From positions 1 through 64,000 of the forward strand of contig JANRJA010000137.1 of NCBI GenBank assembly GCA_033764315.1: 64,000 bases of DNA, written 5' to 3'. The notes beneath the pieces are model-generated. The model saw nothing but the letters and a program-made list of their open reading frames with translations. It was not told the DNA's origin and did not search any database. Source of the stretch: Oculatellaceae cyanobacterium bins.114. GTDB taxonomy: Bacteria > Cyanobacteriota > Cyanobacteriia > Elainellales > Elainellaceae. Shown here in pieces: positions 49,971-60,370 of this stretch; within the stretch, counting starts at the first letter, position 1; each line of letters starts with the position of its first letter. The translations under genes and the position numbers were made by a program.

Positions 49971-50294
49971 TTAACCTTGTTGAGACTGACTAACGGGGGC
50001 TTCTTCAGAGACAATCTCAGCCATTTGCTCTTCTGGCTCATCGGTGTCTGGGGTAGCCGTCAATGCCTTAGGTTCAGGATCGAGTTTCGCTTCCATCGGA
50101 GTCGCAACTACCTTTTCAAGACGCTCTGCTTCCTTCTTAAACTCATTCTCAAACTCTTTTGAAGCTTCTTGAAAGCCCCGAATCGCTTTGCCCAGACTCT
50201 TGCCAATCTCCGGTAACTTTTTAGGGCCAAAGATCAACAGTGCCAAAACCATAATCAATGCCATTTCAGGCAAGCCAATCCCAAAGATATTCAC
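49971..50294 (-). CDS. tatA: Twin-arginine translocase TatA/E
   Basis: FGIGLPE, FGPKKLPEIGKSLGKAIRGF. Confidence 0.95.
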   Translation of the reverse strand: MNIFGIGLPEMALIMVLALLIFGPKKLPEIGKSLGKAIRGFQEASKEFENEFKKEAERLEKVVATPMEAKLDPEPKALTATPDTDEPEEQMAEIVSEEAPVSQSQQG

Positions 50295-50442
50295 AACACG
50301 TCCTCCTGAAATTGCCTGGACTTCGCGCCAGTCCGTTAATCATCCCATTCAACATCAACGCGATCTTGCTTTACCCTAGCATCTCACCCATAGCTCTGGA
50401 GCGATTATCCCAAAGAGGAAAATGCTTTGCCTCGCCATTCAA

Positions 50443-50471
50443 TAAAAAAAGCCCTGAAAAAACTCCAGGGC
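50443..50471 (-). terminator. Intrinsic terminator after psbH
   Basis: Minus strand GCCCTGGAG-TTTT-TTCAGGGC followed by TTTTTTT. Confidence 0.7.
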
Positions 50472-50528
50472 ATCGCATACTCTTTGGAGTATCGAGTAGC
50501 CAACCAGACATAAAGAACCTAAAACTGA

Positions 50529-50732
50529 CTAGCGGCCCAAGCTCTGCCAGTCTACATCCACATTCTCCAACAGCAAAGATGAGTTGTAGATTTGCAGAAT
50601 GATTAACAAAAAGACAAAGAACAAAAGCATAAAAACTGCCATCAGGGGGGTGGTTCCCCAACCTGGAGCAACTTTGCCATATTCAGAGTTCAGGGGCTTG
50701 AGAACATCTCCCAGGCGAGTGCGCTGTGCCAT
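50529..50732 (-). CDS. psbH: Photosystem II protein PsbH
   Basis: [31 protein letters not shown]. Confidence 0.97.
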   Translation of the reverse strand: MAQRTRLGDVLKPLNSEYGKVAPGWGTTPLMAVFMLLFFVFLLIILQIYNSSLLLENVDVDWQSLGR

Positions 50733-50987
50733 GTTTAACCTGCGATTGATACAAAACTTGAATTTTCTGTAATACACCTTATTGAAAGCGGTGCATTATA
50801 TAAGAGTCTACCAGCTAAAGCTTAAGCAAAAGCTAATGCGGATAGATCAAATATGAAAAATTGTTACATCAACCAGGGTACTCATATTCAACAAGCGATC
50901 GCCCTAAAATGAGAACTTTTGTTGCAAATCTTGTAGAATAATGAGTGGATGTTATATAGAAGCTAGTTTAATCTAGAGAGTTTGCTT

Positions 50988-51119
50988 ATGGAACCTGCAG
51001 CTGTTCTGAGTATTTCTATCGGTGCCATATTAGTCGCGATTACAGGAATGGCGGTTTACACCGCGTTTGGGCCACCCTCTAAGCAGCTAGATGATCCCTT
51101 TGAAGATCACGAAGATTAA
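50988..51119 (+). CDS. psbN: PsbN (below the ORF-track size cutoff)
   Basis: Translated by hand: [43 protein letters not shown]; divergent from psbH. Confidence 0.96.
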   Translation: MEPAAVLSISIGAILVAITGMAVYTAFGPPSKQLDDPFEDHED

Positions 51120-51177
51120 GCTTGATAGCTATTCATAGGGCGATATATGTGGTGAGTCACATCGCTCTAAGTTGGAC

Positions 51178-51333
51178 TGAGTATTGGTTCAACAGGTTTG
51201 AAAGCCGAGCCTTGGGGGACACTTCCCCCAACCCCCCTCGCTGAGAGACGAGGCACGTCCCAACTCCCGACCCAAGGAGTGTAGCAACAGGATTAGGGCG
51301 CGCTTCGCATCAGTACCCAGTTCGGGTGTTTCT
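51178..51333. repeat. Family E repeat, copy 2
   Basis: Shares CCTTGGGGGA..CTTCCCCCAA.CCCCCTCGCTGAGAGACG and GCGCGCTTCGCATCA with 43937-44096. Confidence 0.8.
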
Positions 51334-51346
51334 GGTTGTTGGATGT

Positions 51347-54300
51347 TTACTCATCAGGGCTAGATTTTACTGGGATGCGAACGGTGATGATCTTCCAGGA
51401 GTCAACGTCGATGAACTGAGTTGGTTCGCTGGTTGAGGGCGATCGCTCTAACAAATTAGTTGAGGTGAGGCTTGCAAAATCTAGCACTGGGTTTAGCAAG
51501 TCAGATCTTGTCTGTGCCCAACTCAGTTGGGCTGATGTGCCCTGACACTCATAGCCTCTGAGAATCCAGTGGTTTGCGTCATCTTCAGACGGCTTAAAGG
51601 CAGTCAGGATTAGGTTTTCCGCTTCAAGAGTGAGAAATTGCCCCACAGGGGGCAGCGCATCTGACTGAGCCGCAAGCGTGGGATTGAAGATAACGTGCAA
51701 GGGTTGGTTGAGTTCATAGCCCCGATGTACCGTCTGAGCCGTTTGCCAGGTACCCATGTGGGGATAGAGCGCGTAGGTAAACTGGTGCAATCCGCGATCG
51801 GCGTTGGGGTTGGGCCAACTCGCACTCCGCAACAAGGTTAGCCGCAGTTGGGAGGGTTGACTGTCATAGCCGTGTTTACAGTCATTTAATAAGCTGACCC
51901 CATATTCCGCATCACCCAAATCTGCCCATTGTAGGGCGGGTACCTCCCACTTGGCTTTGTCGTGGGGTGTGGTGGGTTGAGTCGGTCGGGCGATCGCCCC
52001 AAAAGGAATCTCGTAGGTGGCGCGATCGCTTGTAATCGTGAGGGGAAATGCCGCTTTCACCATAACGGCTCGTTCTTGCCAATCGACGGTGGTTTCGATC
52101 TTGAGCACGGGTGAATCGGCGGTCAGAATGTAGTCCTGACAAAACTCAGAGTGTCCTAACACCCGTCTGATGCGAATCCGCTGGATAACTGCACCCCATT
52201 CCACCCATTCAATCGAGGTGAGCACCGGATCGGGGAGGGGATGCCGTGCGTAATTAGGATCAATATTCCAGGCATCCCAATATTGACCGCTGTCGCGAAA
52301 AGCTTGCAGTTGGTTGCCCGGAGCACTCAACACGTCACGCTGATGAACCTTATCAAACACACGAGCCAGATTTCCGGTGGTTGGTTCCACCTTGACTCGC
52401 AAATAGTTGTTCTCCATCGTCCACTCGGTTGGGGCGGACGGAGAAGCCAGTGTTTCAGCCTGAATGGGGCATTGACAGAGCCACAGGACTGCATAGCCCA
52501 CTCCCGGAATGCTGGATGTCAGACAGTAGAGAAGATCTGCTTCTAGTTGAGTGGGCAACCATTCTCCACGGGAGGTGCAAATTTGCCACTGATAGCCTGT
52601 TGCTGGGGAGTGGGGTAGAGCGATCGCCACCACGTCTGATCGGTTCCAGGTCAACGGGTTGACGATGAAAATGGGGTAACTGTGGGGCTGAGGAGGTGTT
52701 AGGGAAATGTGAGTTGCGATCGCCTCTAATGAGGTTTTGAGAATCGAAGTTGCTGTTTGCAGGGCGGCTTGCCACTCTCGATTGGCGTCGTCATACACTT
52801 CAGAAATCGCAGACCCCGGCAAAATATCGTGAAACTGATTGAAGAGCACCCGCTTCCACGCTGTTTCTAAGTCCACTTTGGGATAGGTCGCTCCGGTGAG
52901 CAGAGTAGCGATCGAAGCAAAGAGTTCTGCCTGGTAAAGCGATCGCTCACAGCGGCGATTCCACCGTTTTTGGTCAGCATGAGTGGTGTAACAGCCGCGA
53001 TGAAATTCCAGGTAGAGTTCGGTATCCCAAATCGGGAATGGGGAGGTAGAGACGCGATTCATCGCGTCAGTGCCAGGAGAGACACGATTCATCGCGTCAG
53101 TGCCAGGAGAGACACGATTCATCGCGTCAGTACCAGGGAGAGGGGGTGGATTTTGGATTTTGGATTTTGGATTTTGGATTTTGGATTTTGGATTTTGAAT
53201 GTTCTCCAGATATTCTTGTGCCGTAGTAAAGCAAAGTGTCGGAAAAAAAGGCGATTGTTGCCAGCGACGAGCCACCATGAGCATGTCATGGGTAGGCCCA
53301 CCCCCATGATCACCGACTCCGACTAACCATTGGGCGAGTGGAATGCCCGTTTTTGCTTCCCAGGTGGCGGCATAATGCGCCATTTTGACGGGGTCGATGC
53401 TTTCGCCAATGGGGGGTGAGTTAAAGCTGAGAATCTCGCTGCCATCGGGCGATCGCCACTTAAACCACTCATACGGAAACTGGGTAGTGTCATTCCAGCG
53501 CAGCTTTTGAGTGACAAAATAGGTGATTTCGCCTTGAGTTAAGATCTGCGGCAACTGCCAGCAAAACCCAAAACTGTCAGGCAACCAGGCGATCGCACTG
53601 ACTTTTCCAAATTTTTGCTCGGTGTAACGCTGTCCATAAAGTACCTGACGGGCGATCGACTCGCCGCTAACAACGTTAAACTCTGGCTCGACCCACAATC
53701 CGGCGGCAACCTCCCAGCGTTCCTCAGCCACCTGGTGTTGGATAGCCGCGAACAAGTCAGGACGATTGTGTTCAACCCAGTCATATAGAGCTGGGCTAGA
53801 GTGACAAAAGATCAGGTCTGAAAAATCTTGCTGTAGGTGTAGCACGGAGTTAAAGGTGCGTTCCGCTGCATCCCAGGTTTCATCCACCGTCCACAACCAC
53901 GCCAAATCCAGGTGCGCGTGTCCTAACAAGGCGATCTGACGCTGTTTGATCCAGGTGCTCAAGGGTTGCAACTGTTTTCGTAGGTGAGTGAGCGATCGCT
54001 CAAAAGTCAGATAATCCCCTACTGTCGCCCAATCGATGTGCTGGATTGCCTCTGCCAAACTGGGTAACTGGTCAGGGGCAAATTGGCTTAGATAGTGCTG
54101 TAACACGGCTAGCTCATCCGCCACAAAACCCGGCTCAGGGCAAGGATTGACAGATCCATCGGCTCGTTCATAGACACAGAGCGATCGCACCAGTGCCCCA
54201 TCGTCATGACCGGGACTGATTAACCGCAGGGCAATCTCGATGACTTCTCCCGGTTGGGCGGTTTCACTTAAGACAATTCGAGCAGAGGCATCAAAAATAT

Positions 54301-54688
54301 CTCCCGATTGCACCAACGCCCCATTCACAAAAATCTCTGCTAATCTTGCCCACCAAGTCAGGGCTAGCCGCAGTGTCAATCCCTCAAGGGGGTACCCTTG
54401 CAAATCATGAGGAATGACAATTTGTTGTCCTAACCACAAAACCTGCCGACCTTTTGCCCAGGCAACGTGATCGCGGGCATTACACGCACCAATTTCCCAA
54501 GTTTCCCAGGTGGCTGATTGGGTTGCGGTAGCCACAGGCAGATCGCCTAAATGAATACGCCAGTTGGGTTGCACTGAAATTTGAGTGAGCTGACGCAGAT
54601 GGGTGATTGCCACCTCAATAGACTTCACAAGTTGGGAATCAACACTTTCGTCAGAGGAAGTCAAGACGGATGCAACAGAGTCGGTCAT
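51347..54688 (-). CDS. Alpha-mannosidase (GH38)
   Basis: GHAHLDLAWLW, WLPDSFG, GDHGGGP, LYLEFHRG, NQFHDILPGS. Confidence 0.93.
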   Translation of the reverse strand: MTDSVASVLTSSDESVDSQLVKSIEVAITHLRQLTQISVQPNWRIHLGDLPVATATQSATWETWEIGACNARDHVAWAKGRQVLWLGQQIVIPHDLQGYPLEGLTLRLALTWWARLAEIFVNGALVQSGDIFDASARIVLSETAQPGEVIEIALRLISPGHDDGALVRSLCVYERADGSVNPCPEPGFVADELAVLQHYLSQFAPDQLPSLAEAIQHIDWATVGDYLTFERSLTHLRKQLQPLSTWIKQRQIALLGHAHLDLAWLWTVDETWDAAERTFNSVLHLQQDFSDLIFCHSSPALYDWVEHNRPDLFAAIQHQVAEERWEVAAGLWVEPEFNVVSGESIARQVLYGQRYTEQKFGKVSAIAWLPDSFGFCWQLPQILTQGEITYFVTQKLRWNDTTQFPYEWFKWRSPDGSEILSFNSPPIGESIDPVKMAHYAATWEAKTGIPLAQWLVGVGDHGGGPTHDMLMVARRWQQSPFFPTLCFTTAQEYLENIQNPKSKIQNPKSKIQNPPPLPGTDAMNRVSPGTDAMNRVSPGTDAMNRVSTSPFPIWDTELYLEFHRGCYTTHADQKRWNRRCERSLYQAELFASIATLLTGATYPKVDLETAWKRVLFNQFHDILPGSAISEVYDDANREWQAALQTATSILKTSLEAIATHISLTPPQPHSYPIFIVNPLTWNRSDVVAIALPHSPATGYQWQICTSRGEWLPTQLEADLLYCLTSSIPGVGYAVLWLCQCPIQAETLASPSAPTEWTMENNYLRVKVEPTTGNLARVFDKVHQRDVLSAPGNQLQAFRDSGQYWDAWNIDPNYARHPLPDPVLTSIEWVEWGAVIQRIRIRRVLGHSEFCQDYILTADSPVLKIETTVDWQERAVMVKAAFPLTITSDRATYEIPFGAIARPTQPTTPHDKAKWEVPALQWADLGDAEYGVSLLNDCKHGYDSQPSQLRLTLLRSASWPNPNADRGLHQFTYALYPHMGTWQTAQTVHRGYELNQPLHVIFNPTLAAQSDALPPVGQFLTLEAENLILTAFKPSEDDANHWILRGYECQGTSAQLSWAQTRSDLLNPVLDFASLTSTNLLERSPSTSEPTQFIDVDSWKIITVRIPVKSSPDE
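53048..53200. repeat. In-frame repeat insertion: 3 x 30-bp palindromic unit plus 7 x TGGATTT heptamer (STRR-type)
   Basis: AGAGAC(G/A)CGATTCATCGCGTCAGT(G/A)CCAGG x3 at 53048-53137; TGGATTT x7 at 53147-53195. Confidence 0.92.
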
Positions 54689-54789
54689 CTTTCTACTAAG
54701 ATCGGGGCATTCCCCCTTTTAGGGATGGCGCGGTGCTCTCTGCACTCTACACCAGATTTTGCCGGTCTTTTTCTTTTTGTAGATCCCTC

Positions 54790-56286
54790 ATGTCATCCTC
54801 TAATCCCTATCAAAGTCGCTTGTTTAAGTTTGTTGTGCAACAAACGCGTCAGTTGCGCGATCGCTCTTTGCAAACATGGCGGCAATTTCGGTTAGGAACG
54901 ATTTGGGGAGCACAAATCGCATTGTATCCAATCTATGCAGCGTTTCAAGCCACACGGTTGGTCGGGAAGCAACTGCGCCAGGTCGTGCGCCAGACCGCCC
55001 CCCGATTAAAAGCCGCTCAACGCACGCTGCAAAAGGTGACTCGTGCGCCAGAGCCAACTTCTGAGGTGCAGTCAGACACGCCCATAAAACAAACATTGGC
55101 GGTGGTGCAAGCGTTTGCCTTACCAGTCCTATCAGAGGCGATCGACGAAGCCAATCTTTTGACACCACCCATTCCCTGGACTCAACAATTTCCCACTTTG
55201 GTTCAAACGTTGTTGCTTAAAGTGCCCCCCTTCTCAAGTAGGGCTAGAGGAGATCAAGCGACTGCCCCATCTGCATTGATTCATTCCCCTGGGCAAGAAT
55301 TGGCAACTGTCGAGCCAGATGTTTTGAGTCTGGCTCACGGTATGACTCCAACGGGAAAAGTTGTTTGTATTCCCTCTACTTTGCAAGCGACGGCTGATCA
55401 ACTGGCAATGGTTCAGACCGACCCAATTCGGGGCATTGCGACCCTGCTGACGACCCGCAAGCTCGTATTCATAACCGAACAAAATCACATTCTCGACATT
55501 CTGACCCCCGAACAGGATGACTATTTGCGGCGTTGCATCATTGGGGCGATCGCCAATTATTGGCGTTATTGGCGACAGTTGGCTTTGCCACAACCCTCTC
55601 AATTCAATGCTTTGCCGCCTCTCTCGGCTCGTCCCAATGCTCTGCCCCCAGTGCGATCGTTTTATGAGGTGATGCGGTGGATGCAATATAGCCCTGTGGC
55701 GATCGCGGTTAATCTCTTCAACGAAGCCGTTCTCACCCCAGTTTCTAGCTCTCAAGAGCACTCCACTGACCTTGAAAACCCACATGACCCCTGGGAAGAG
55801 ACAACCCCTGCCTCCAGTCTTACCCAGTTTTTGCAAGGTTGGTTCCGTCAGCAACCCTCTGCCCCAACAAACCCCACGGCTGACTCAACCACAGTTCCTG
55901 CTTTGCCTTCCAGAGCAAAGATGATGTTGCTGGAGGGGTCTCGTCGTATCGTTCCAGCCGTAACCAGGGCTGTCGTGTCGATGAAGACAACTTCTCAAGA
56001 ACTCGTTGCCACCAAGGAGAGGATTGTAACCCAGTCTACCGATCTCGCTGTCTCTGCTGGAACGGGGTCACCCTTGGAACTGACCCCACTTGCTGAGATC
56101 CAGATTCAACCTGCCGATGGGTTACTCAGTCATCGTTCTACTGACAAAGATGCAATTGACATTCAGGCAACGTTGGTGGCTTACGTCAAACATCCGCTGC
56201 AACAGGTATTGGAATGGATTGATCTGGGAATGCTGTGGCTCGAAAAACGAGTGATGCAATTGGTCAGTTGGTTGCGTCGGAGTTAA
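54790..56286 (+). CDS. Conserved cyanobacterial hypothetical protein
   Basis: PYQSRLF, QIALYPIY, IRGIATLL...NHILDIL, YVKHPLQQVLEWID. Confidence 0.7.
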   Translation: MSSSNPYQSRLFKFVVQQTRQLRDRSLQTWRQFRLGTIWGAQIALYPIYAAFQATRLVGKQLRQVVRQTAPRLKAAQRTLQKVTRAPEPTSEVQSDTPIKQTLAVVQAFALPVLSEAIDEANLLTPPIPWTQQFPTLVQTLLLKVPPFSSRARGDQATAPSALIHSPGQELATVEPDVLSLAHGMTPTGKVVCIPSTLQATADQLAMVQTDPIRGIATLLTTRKLVFITEQNHILDILTPEQDDYLRRCIIGAIANYWRYWRQLALPQPSQFNALPPLSARPNALPPVRSFYEVMRWMQYSPVAIAVNLFNEAVLTPVSSSQEHSTDLENPHDPWEETTPASSLTQFLQGWFRQQPSAPTNPTADSTTVPALPSRAKMMLLEGSRRIVPAVTRAVVSMKTTSQELVATKERIVTQSTDLAVSAGTGSPLELTPLAEIQIQPADGLLSHRSTDKDAIDIQATLVAYVKHPLQQVLEWIDLGMLWLEKRVMQLVSWLRRS

Positions 56287-56294
56287 TTTAGACC

Positions 56295-56810
56295 ATGATA
56301 AATAGCTGCATTGTGGTGCGAAAACCACTCGAAACCGATTGGCAAGAGTTATTAACGCTGCATCAAGCCAGCCAGGAGTTTCATTTTCCTTGGGTGTTTC
56401 CAGCCTTAACAGAAGATGGTTGCAAAGCCTACATTCGGCGGTGCCAAAATGAAGATTTTGAAGGGCTATTGATTTGCCATGCTGAGACTTCTCGCATTAT
56501 TGGGGTTGCCAATCTCAGCCAGATTTTTTATAAATCGTTTCAAAATGCGTACTTGGGCTACTACGGCAGTGTTGAGTATGCGGGACAAGGATTGATGACA
56601 GAAGGACTGCGCTTAGTGGTTAACCATGCCTTTTATATCCTCGGTTTACACCGTTTAGAAGCAAACATTCAGCCTGACAATCAGAGGTCGATTGCCCTGA
56701 TCCGGCGGTTGGGTTTTACCCAAGAGGGATTTTCACGCCGTTATCTCTATATCAATGGGGCATGGCGCGACCATGAACGCTGGGCGGTGACTGTTGAAAA
56801 TTGGATTTAG
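56295..56810 (+). CDS. RimJ/RimL-like GNAT acetyltransferase
   Basis: AYLGY, GQGLMTEGL, LHRLEANIQPDN, WRDHERW. Confidence 0.9.
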   Translation: MINSCIVVRKPLETDWQELLTLHQASQEFHFPWVFPALTEDGCKAYIRRCQNEDFEGLLICHAETSRIIGVANLSQIFYKSFQNAYLGYYGSVEYAGQGLMTEGLRLVVNHAFYILGLHRLEANIQPDNQRSIALIRRLGFTQEGFSRRYLYINGAWRDHERWAVTVENWI

Positions 56811-56920
56811 CGAGAGTTCTGTATTGAACGCATTCCCTCTACTTTTTCTGGCTGTTGCGGCTTGGGTTTAAGATGAAAGAAGCATTTCATTAAAACAAGC
56901 ACCTTTGCCTGATTTGATTC

Positions 56921-57493
56921 ATGGATATTACAGAGTTTTTTCAACAGAGTGCTGGAAAGTGGCTTTCACAGCGAACGAGTCATAATCTTGCGTCTCAGCA
57001 ATCTGAAAATGGTAAATCTACGGTTCAGATTGAGATGATGCCAAACGATGCGCCTGAGGTGATTAAACTCTGTGAGCTTGGCAATGTTGATCCAGCGATC
57101 GCCTTGTTTGGGGTAAAAATCGCCTGGGATGGCAACATCGACTGGCAAAGCACAAAACAAACTGGCTCTACTCTGCTGGTTCCTGTGCCAGATTTAGACA
57201 AAGCCAATGAAGGTAACCTTTTGCGTAGCCTGGGTTACGCTGAAAAAACTCCTGTTTCAGGTCGCTATAGTGTGGGTAGTGATGATGCCCTCACCCTCAT
57301 CATCGAAACTGAAGCCCTCTATTCTGAAGAACGACTGTGGTTTGCTAGCCCCAATCTGCGATTAAGAACCAGTATTCTCAGGTCGTCGGGTGGCCCTAGT
57401 CTGGCGTCATTTTGTTCAGAGATTCGCATGGGGGTTACTCAACCTCCCGCAGAGTCAACTCCTGCTACTGAGGGTGCCAGTCAAACGAGTTAG
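56921..57493 (+). CDS. cpcS: Phycobiliprotein lyase, CpcS/CpeS family
   Basis: [42 protein letters not shown]. Confidence 0.92.
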   Translation: MDITEFFQQSAGKWLSQRTSHNLASQQSENGKSTVQIEMMPNDAPEVIKLCELGNVDPAIALFGVKIAWDGNIDWQSTKQTGSTLLVPVPDLDKANEGNLLRSLGYAEKTPVSGRYSVGSDDALTLIIETEALYSEERLWFASPNLRLRTSILRSSGGPSLASFCSEIRMGVTQPPAESTPATEGASQTS

Positions 57494-57495
57494 GG

Positions 57496-58161
57496 TCAAC
57501 TGCGCTTGAGAGCAAGGGTTAGGCCATCTGCGATCGGCACCAAGCTCAGGCTGATGCGTTCATCGTGATGCAAGCGTTGATTTAGCTCACGCAGGGTTGA
57601 TACGCTCACGTCATCAGGGTTGGGATGGACAACTTCCCCTGACCACAGCACATTGTCGATCGCCATCAACCCACCCGGTCTGAGCAGTTGCAGCACGCGA
57701 TCGTAGTAGTTGAGATAATTGGCTTTGTCGGCGTCGATAAAGGCAAAGTCAATCGTATTGGCGTGTCCTTCGGCTAATAGCTGGTCGAGCGTAGACAACG
57801 CCGGGGCTAAGCGCAGGTCAATCTTATGAGCCACCCCTGCTTCTTGCCAATATCGGTGTGCCACTGAGGTAAACTCTTCGCTGACGTCACAGGCGATGAG
57901 GCGGCCCTGCTCAGGTAATGCTAGGGCGATCGCAAGTGCACTATATCCTGTAAAAACCCCTAACTCCAGAGTTTTAGTTGCACCCATTAATTGCACCAAT
58001 AACGCCATAAATTGCCCTTGCTCTGGCGCAATTTGCATATTGGCATAGGGATGGCGCACCGTTTCTTCTCGCAGCCGCAAGAGAATGTCGGGTTCTCGTA
58101 GCGAAACAGATAATAAGTAATCGTAGAGCGGTTGTGCTAGCCCAATAGTTTTGTTAGACAT
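57496..58161 (-). CDS. Class I O-methyltransferase (caffeoyl-CoA OMT-like)
   Basis: MQIAPEQGQF, LELGVFTGYS, FIDADK, DNVLWSG, DGLT. Confidence 0.92.
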   Translation of the reverse strand: MSNKTIGLAQPLYDYLLSVSLREPDILLRLREETVRHPYANMQIAPEQGQFMALLVQLMGATKTLELGVFTGYSALAIALALPEQGRLIACDVSEEFTSVAHRYWQEAGVAHKIDLRLAPALSTLDQLLAEGHANTIDFAFIDADKANYLNYYDRVLQLLRPGGLMAIDNVLWSGEVVHPNPDDVSVSTLRELNQRLHHDERISLSLVPIADGLTLALKRS

Positions 58162-58376
58162 TAGATCTAATGGCAGGTTTACCCACTTTCTAAATCTAGA
58201 CTATAGCAGTCCCTGCTGGGTCAACTATGGGGTGCAGGGCGCAGGTCGCGCGGGTTTCCCCCCCCTCCTTGGTACTAACGGCCTCATCCTGGTTCTATAG
58301 CAGTCCTAAATCACTTGTAAAAAGCCCTGTCATTGGGCATTGAGTCTGTAACTAGGTACTCAAGGCTAAGGACGAT

Positions 58377-58509
58377 TGACGGTCGGGGGAGTGGCGGTTG
58401 AAACCGCACCTATCAGAACAAAACCGGCCTCTGCCGGTTTAAAACCCTCAGTCTGCGTAGGCGGACTTCGTTCCAAGAGCCGTGAATTCATTCGCCGGTT
58501 TCAGTCCCT
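58377..58509 (-). repeat. Family A core, inverted copy
   Basis: Reverse complement aligns with about 20687-20819. Confidence 0.85.
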
Positions 58510-58541
58510 ATCCTTATTCCTCATTGACTAACCCAACCTGT

Positions 58542-59285
58542 CTATCGCCGCAATTTCTTCAGAAGTCGTTCTGCCTCACCAATTAAATGACGTTTTTGCC
58601 GATAGTGAAATTTAGGCGCACTTTTAAGCTTAAAGATCATCGTTTCTAATAACTGGTGTGCGGCATCAGTGTCTCCTCGTTGAATCTGAATTTTAGCTAG
58701 CATGAGGGGCGTTTCAGGGTGCCCCCAATGTTTTAAGTCTTTCTCTAAGTGAGGTTCTACCGCTTCCCAATCTTCTAGCGCAAATAGGGTTTGTCCATAC
58801 GATAAAGAGGCTTCACCAAATTTGTAGTCTGGCTCTAAGTTGATGAGCGTTTGTAGATAGTCTTTAGCGATCGCAAACTGCTTATTTTGCATGGCGATCG
58901 CTGCCAATCCCCACAGGGCATGAATATTTTTAGGTTCTTTGTCGAGGGCTTGTTGATAAGCTTCAGTTGCCTTATCGAGCATTTTTATCTCGCTCAAGAC
59001 ATTTCCCAAGGTCACATATTGGTGTGCTTTACCAATGTTTCTGACGGCTGCTTCAGCATTCCATAAATCTTGACGTCGTGACCACCGCCGAAAATAAGGG
59101 AAAACGGGTAGGTTGAGATAGGGTAACCGTCGCACTAAAAAATAAAGAACTGCGCCTGGAATATTGAGAAAGATCAAGATAAAAATCCAGGTAGCTTTCT
59201 CAGGATCATTCCGAACACAATCAAAAATCATCAACATCCAGAACCCGGTTGCGACAAACGCCAGAAACTGTATCATCGGTGACAT
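58542..59285 (-). CDS. Membrane-anchored TPR protein (PLDc_N-like N-terminus)
   Basis: Two TM helices (WIFILIFLNIPGAVLYF) followed by TPR-like helices. Confidence 0.8.
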   Translation of the reverse strand: MSPMIQFLAFVATGFWMLMIFDCVRNDPEKATWIFILIFLNIPGAVLYFLVRRLPYLNLPVFPYFRRWSRRQDLWNAEAAVRNIGKAHQYVTLGNVLSEIKMLDKATEAYQQALDKEPKNIHALWGLAAIAMQNKQFAIAKDYLQTLINLEPDYKFGEASLSYGQTLFALEDWEAVEPHLEKDLKHWGHPETPLMLAKIQIQRGDTDAAHQLLETMIFKLKSAPKFHYRQKRHLIGEAERLLKKLRR

Positions 59286-59538
59286 CCTTATTTAACTGAG
59301 TTCGTGCCCCTGAAGTCAGAGAAATCTGATGCAGGCTAATGTGCAATGGTAGGTCTTGATTTGTAAATCACGATTTACAGTTAGGATTCCCAGTTTAGTG
59401 CTCGAAAATGGCGTAAAGATTTATAAAATCACTCGTCAAAGACTTAGAACTGCTATAGGAAGGGTGTTTTTGCCAAACGCTGCAAAACCAGTCCTTCTCA
59501 ACAAGCTGTTCCGTGAGAATTAATTTTTTGAGGAGAAA

Positions 59539-60351
59539 TTACTCAGCGTTCTCAAGGGGAGATTTTTGAATATCTCGTAGATCAGGTAATTCGACTAAAT
59601 CTGCTTTTGCAGCTTGTTGAGGCTCTTCTTGAGCCACTAGCTCTTTCTGGGTTTCTTTGATTTCGAGTGGCAATTGGAGTGGTGTTAATTGTTCGAGCCA
59701 ATGGCTGGCAACTGGGAGCGAGAGTTCTAAGTCATCTAGCGGTCGAGGAATGATAATGATGGCATGGAGTTCTCCGATGCGCTCGGCTTCATGCATTCCC
59801 ACTTCAATGGCGATCGCTACATCTGAAACTCGCCCACGAATAATGGCAGTGCATAAGCCATCTCCAGTCATTTCATAGGCTGCCAGGTTGACATCAGCGG
59901 CTTTGAGCATGGCATCAGCCGCCCCCACCATCGCTGGAAAACCTCGCGTTTCTAACAGCCCGATCGCTTGATTGCTGAGTTTGCTAAAGCCTTGTTGTTG
60001 AACAATTTCAGCCAATCGACTGCTGATCGGTAAGACCACTTCTAAGTTGGGCATGGGGCGTGGAATAATGCTGTGCGATACCAATTGCCCAAACTGCTCA
60101 GCGGTCTCTGCCCCCACCTGAACGGCAATTCGCACATCGGCAATGTTACCTCTAACAACAGCGGTGCAATGGCCACTGCCAATTTTTTCAAACCCAATCA
60201 GAGTGACACCCGATGCTTTTAGCATCGTATCGGCTGTGCCCACGATCGCCGGAAAGCTCTGAGTAGACACCATACCAATCGCACTGCCACTCAAACTAGG
60301 CGATCGCCCATCCCTGGAATTCTGGCTCGCTTTGCTCGGGTTCATCTCCAT
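59539..60351 (-). CDS. ccmO: Carboxysome shell protein CcmO
   Basis: Two tandem BMC domains (SFPAIVGTADTMLK; ETRGFPAMVGAADAMLK) directly after ccmN. Confidence 0.93.
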   Translation of the reverse strand: MEMNPSKASQNSRDGRSPSLSGSAIGMVSTQSFPAIVGTADTMLKASGVTLIGFEKIGSGHCTAVVRGNIADVRIAVQVGAETAEQFGQLVSHSIIPRPMPNLEVVLPISSRLAEIVQQQGFSKLSNQAIGLLETRGFPAMVGAADAMLKAADVNLAAYEMTGDGLCTAIIRGRVSDVAIAIEVGMHEAERIGELHAIIIIPRPLDDLELSLPVASHWLEQLTPLQLPLEIKETQKELVAQEEPQQAAKADLVELPDLRDIQKSPLENAE

Positions 60352-60370
60352 GCTGCTCTCCGTTTCCCCA

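Larger units (their letters stand above)
58295..59458. mobile_element. Putative TIR-bounded non-autonomous cassette carrying a TPR gene
   Basis: Left CTATAGCAGTCCTAAATC; right end reverse complement CTATAGCAGTTCTAAGTC (16/18); extra left end at 58201-58212. Confidence 0.55.

Noticed and set aside
53048..53137. 30-bp palindromic repeats as a CRISPR array
   Set aside because: Units are directly tandem with no unique spacers, lie in frame in a gene, and there are no cas genes
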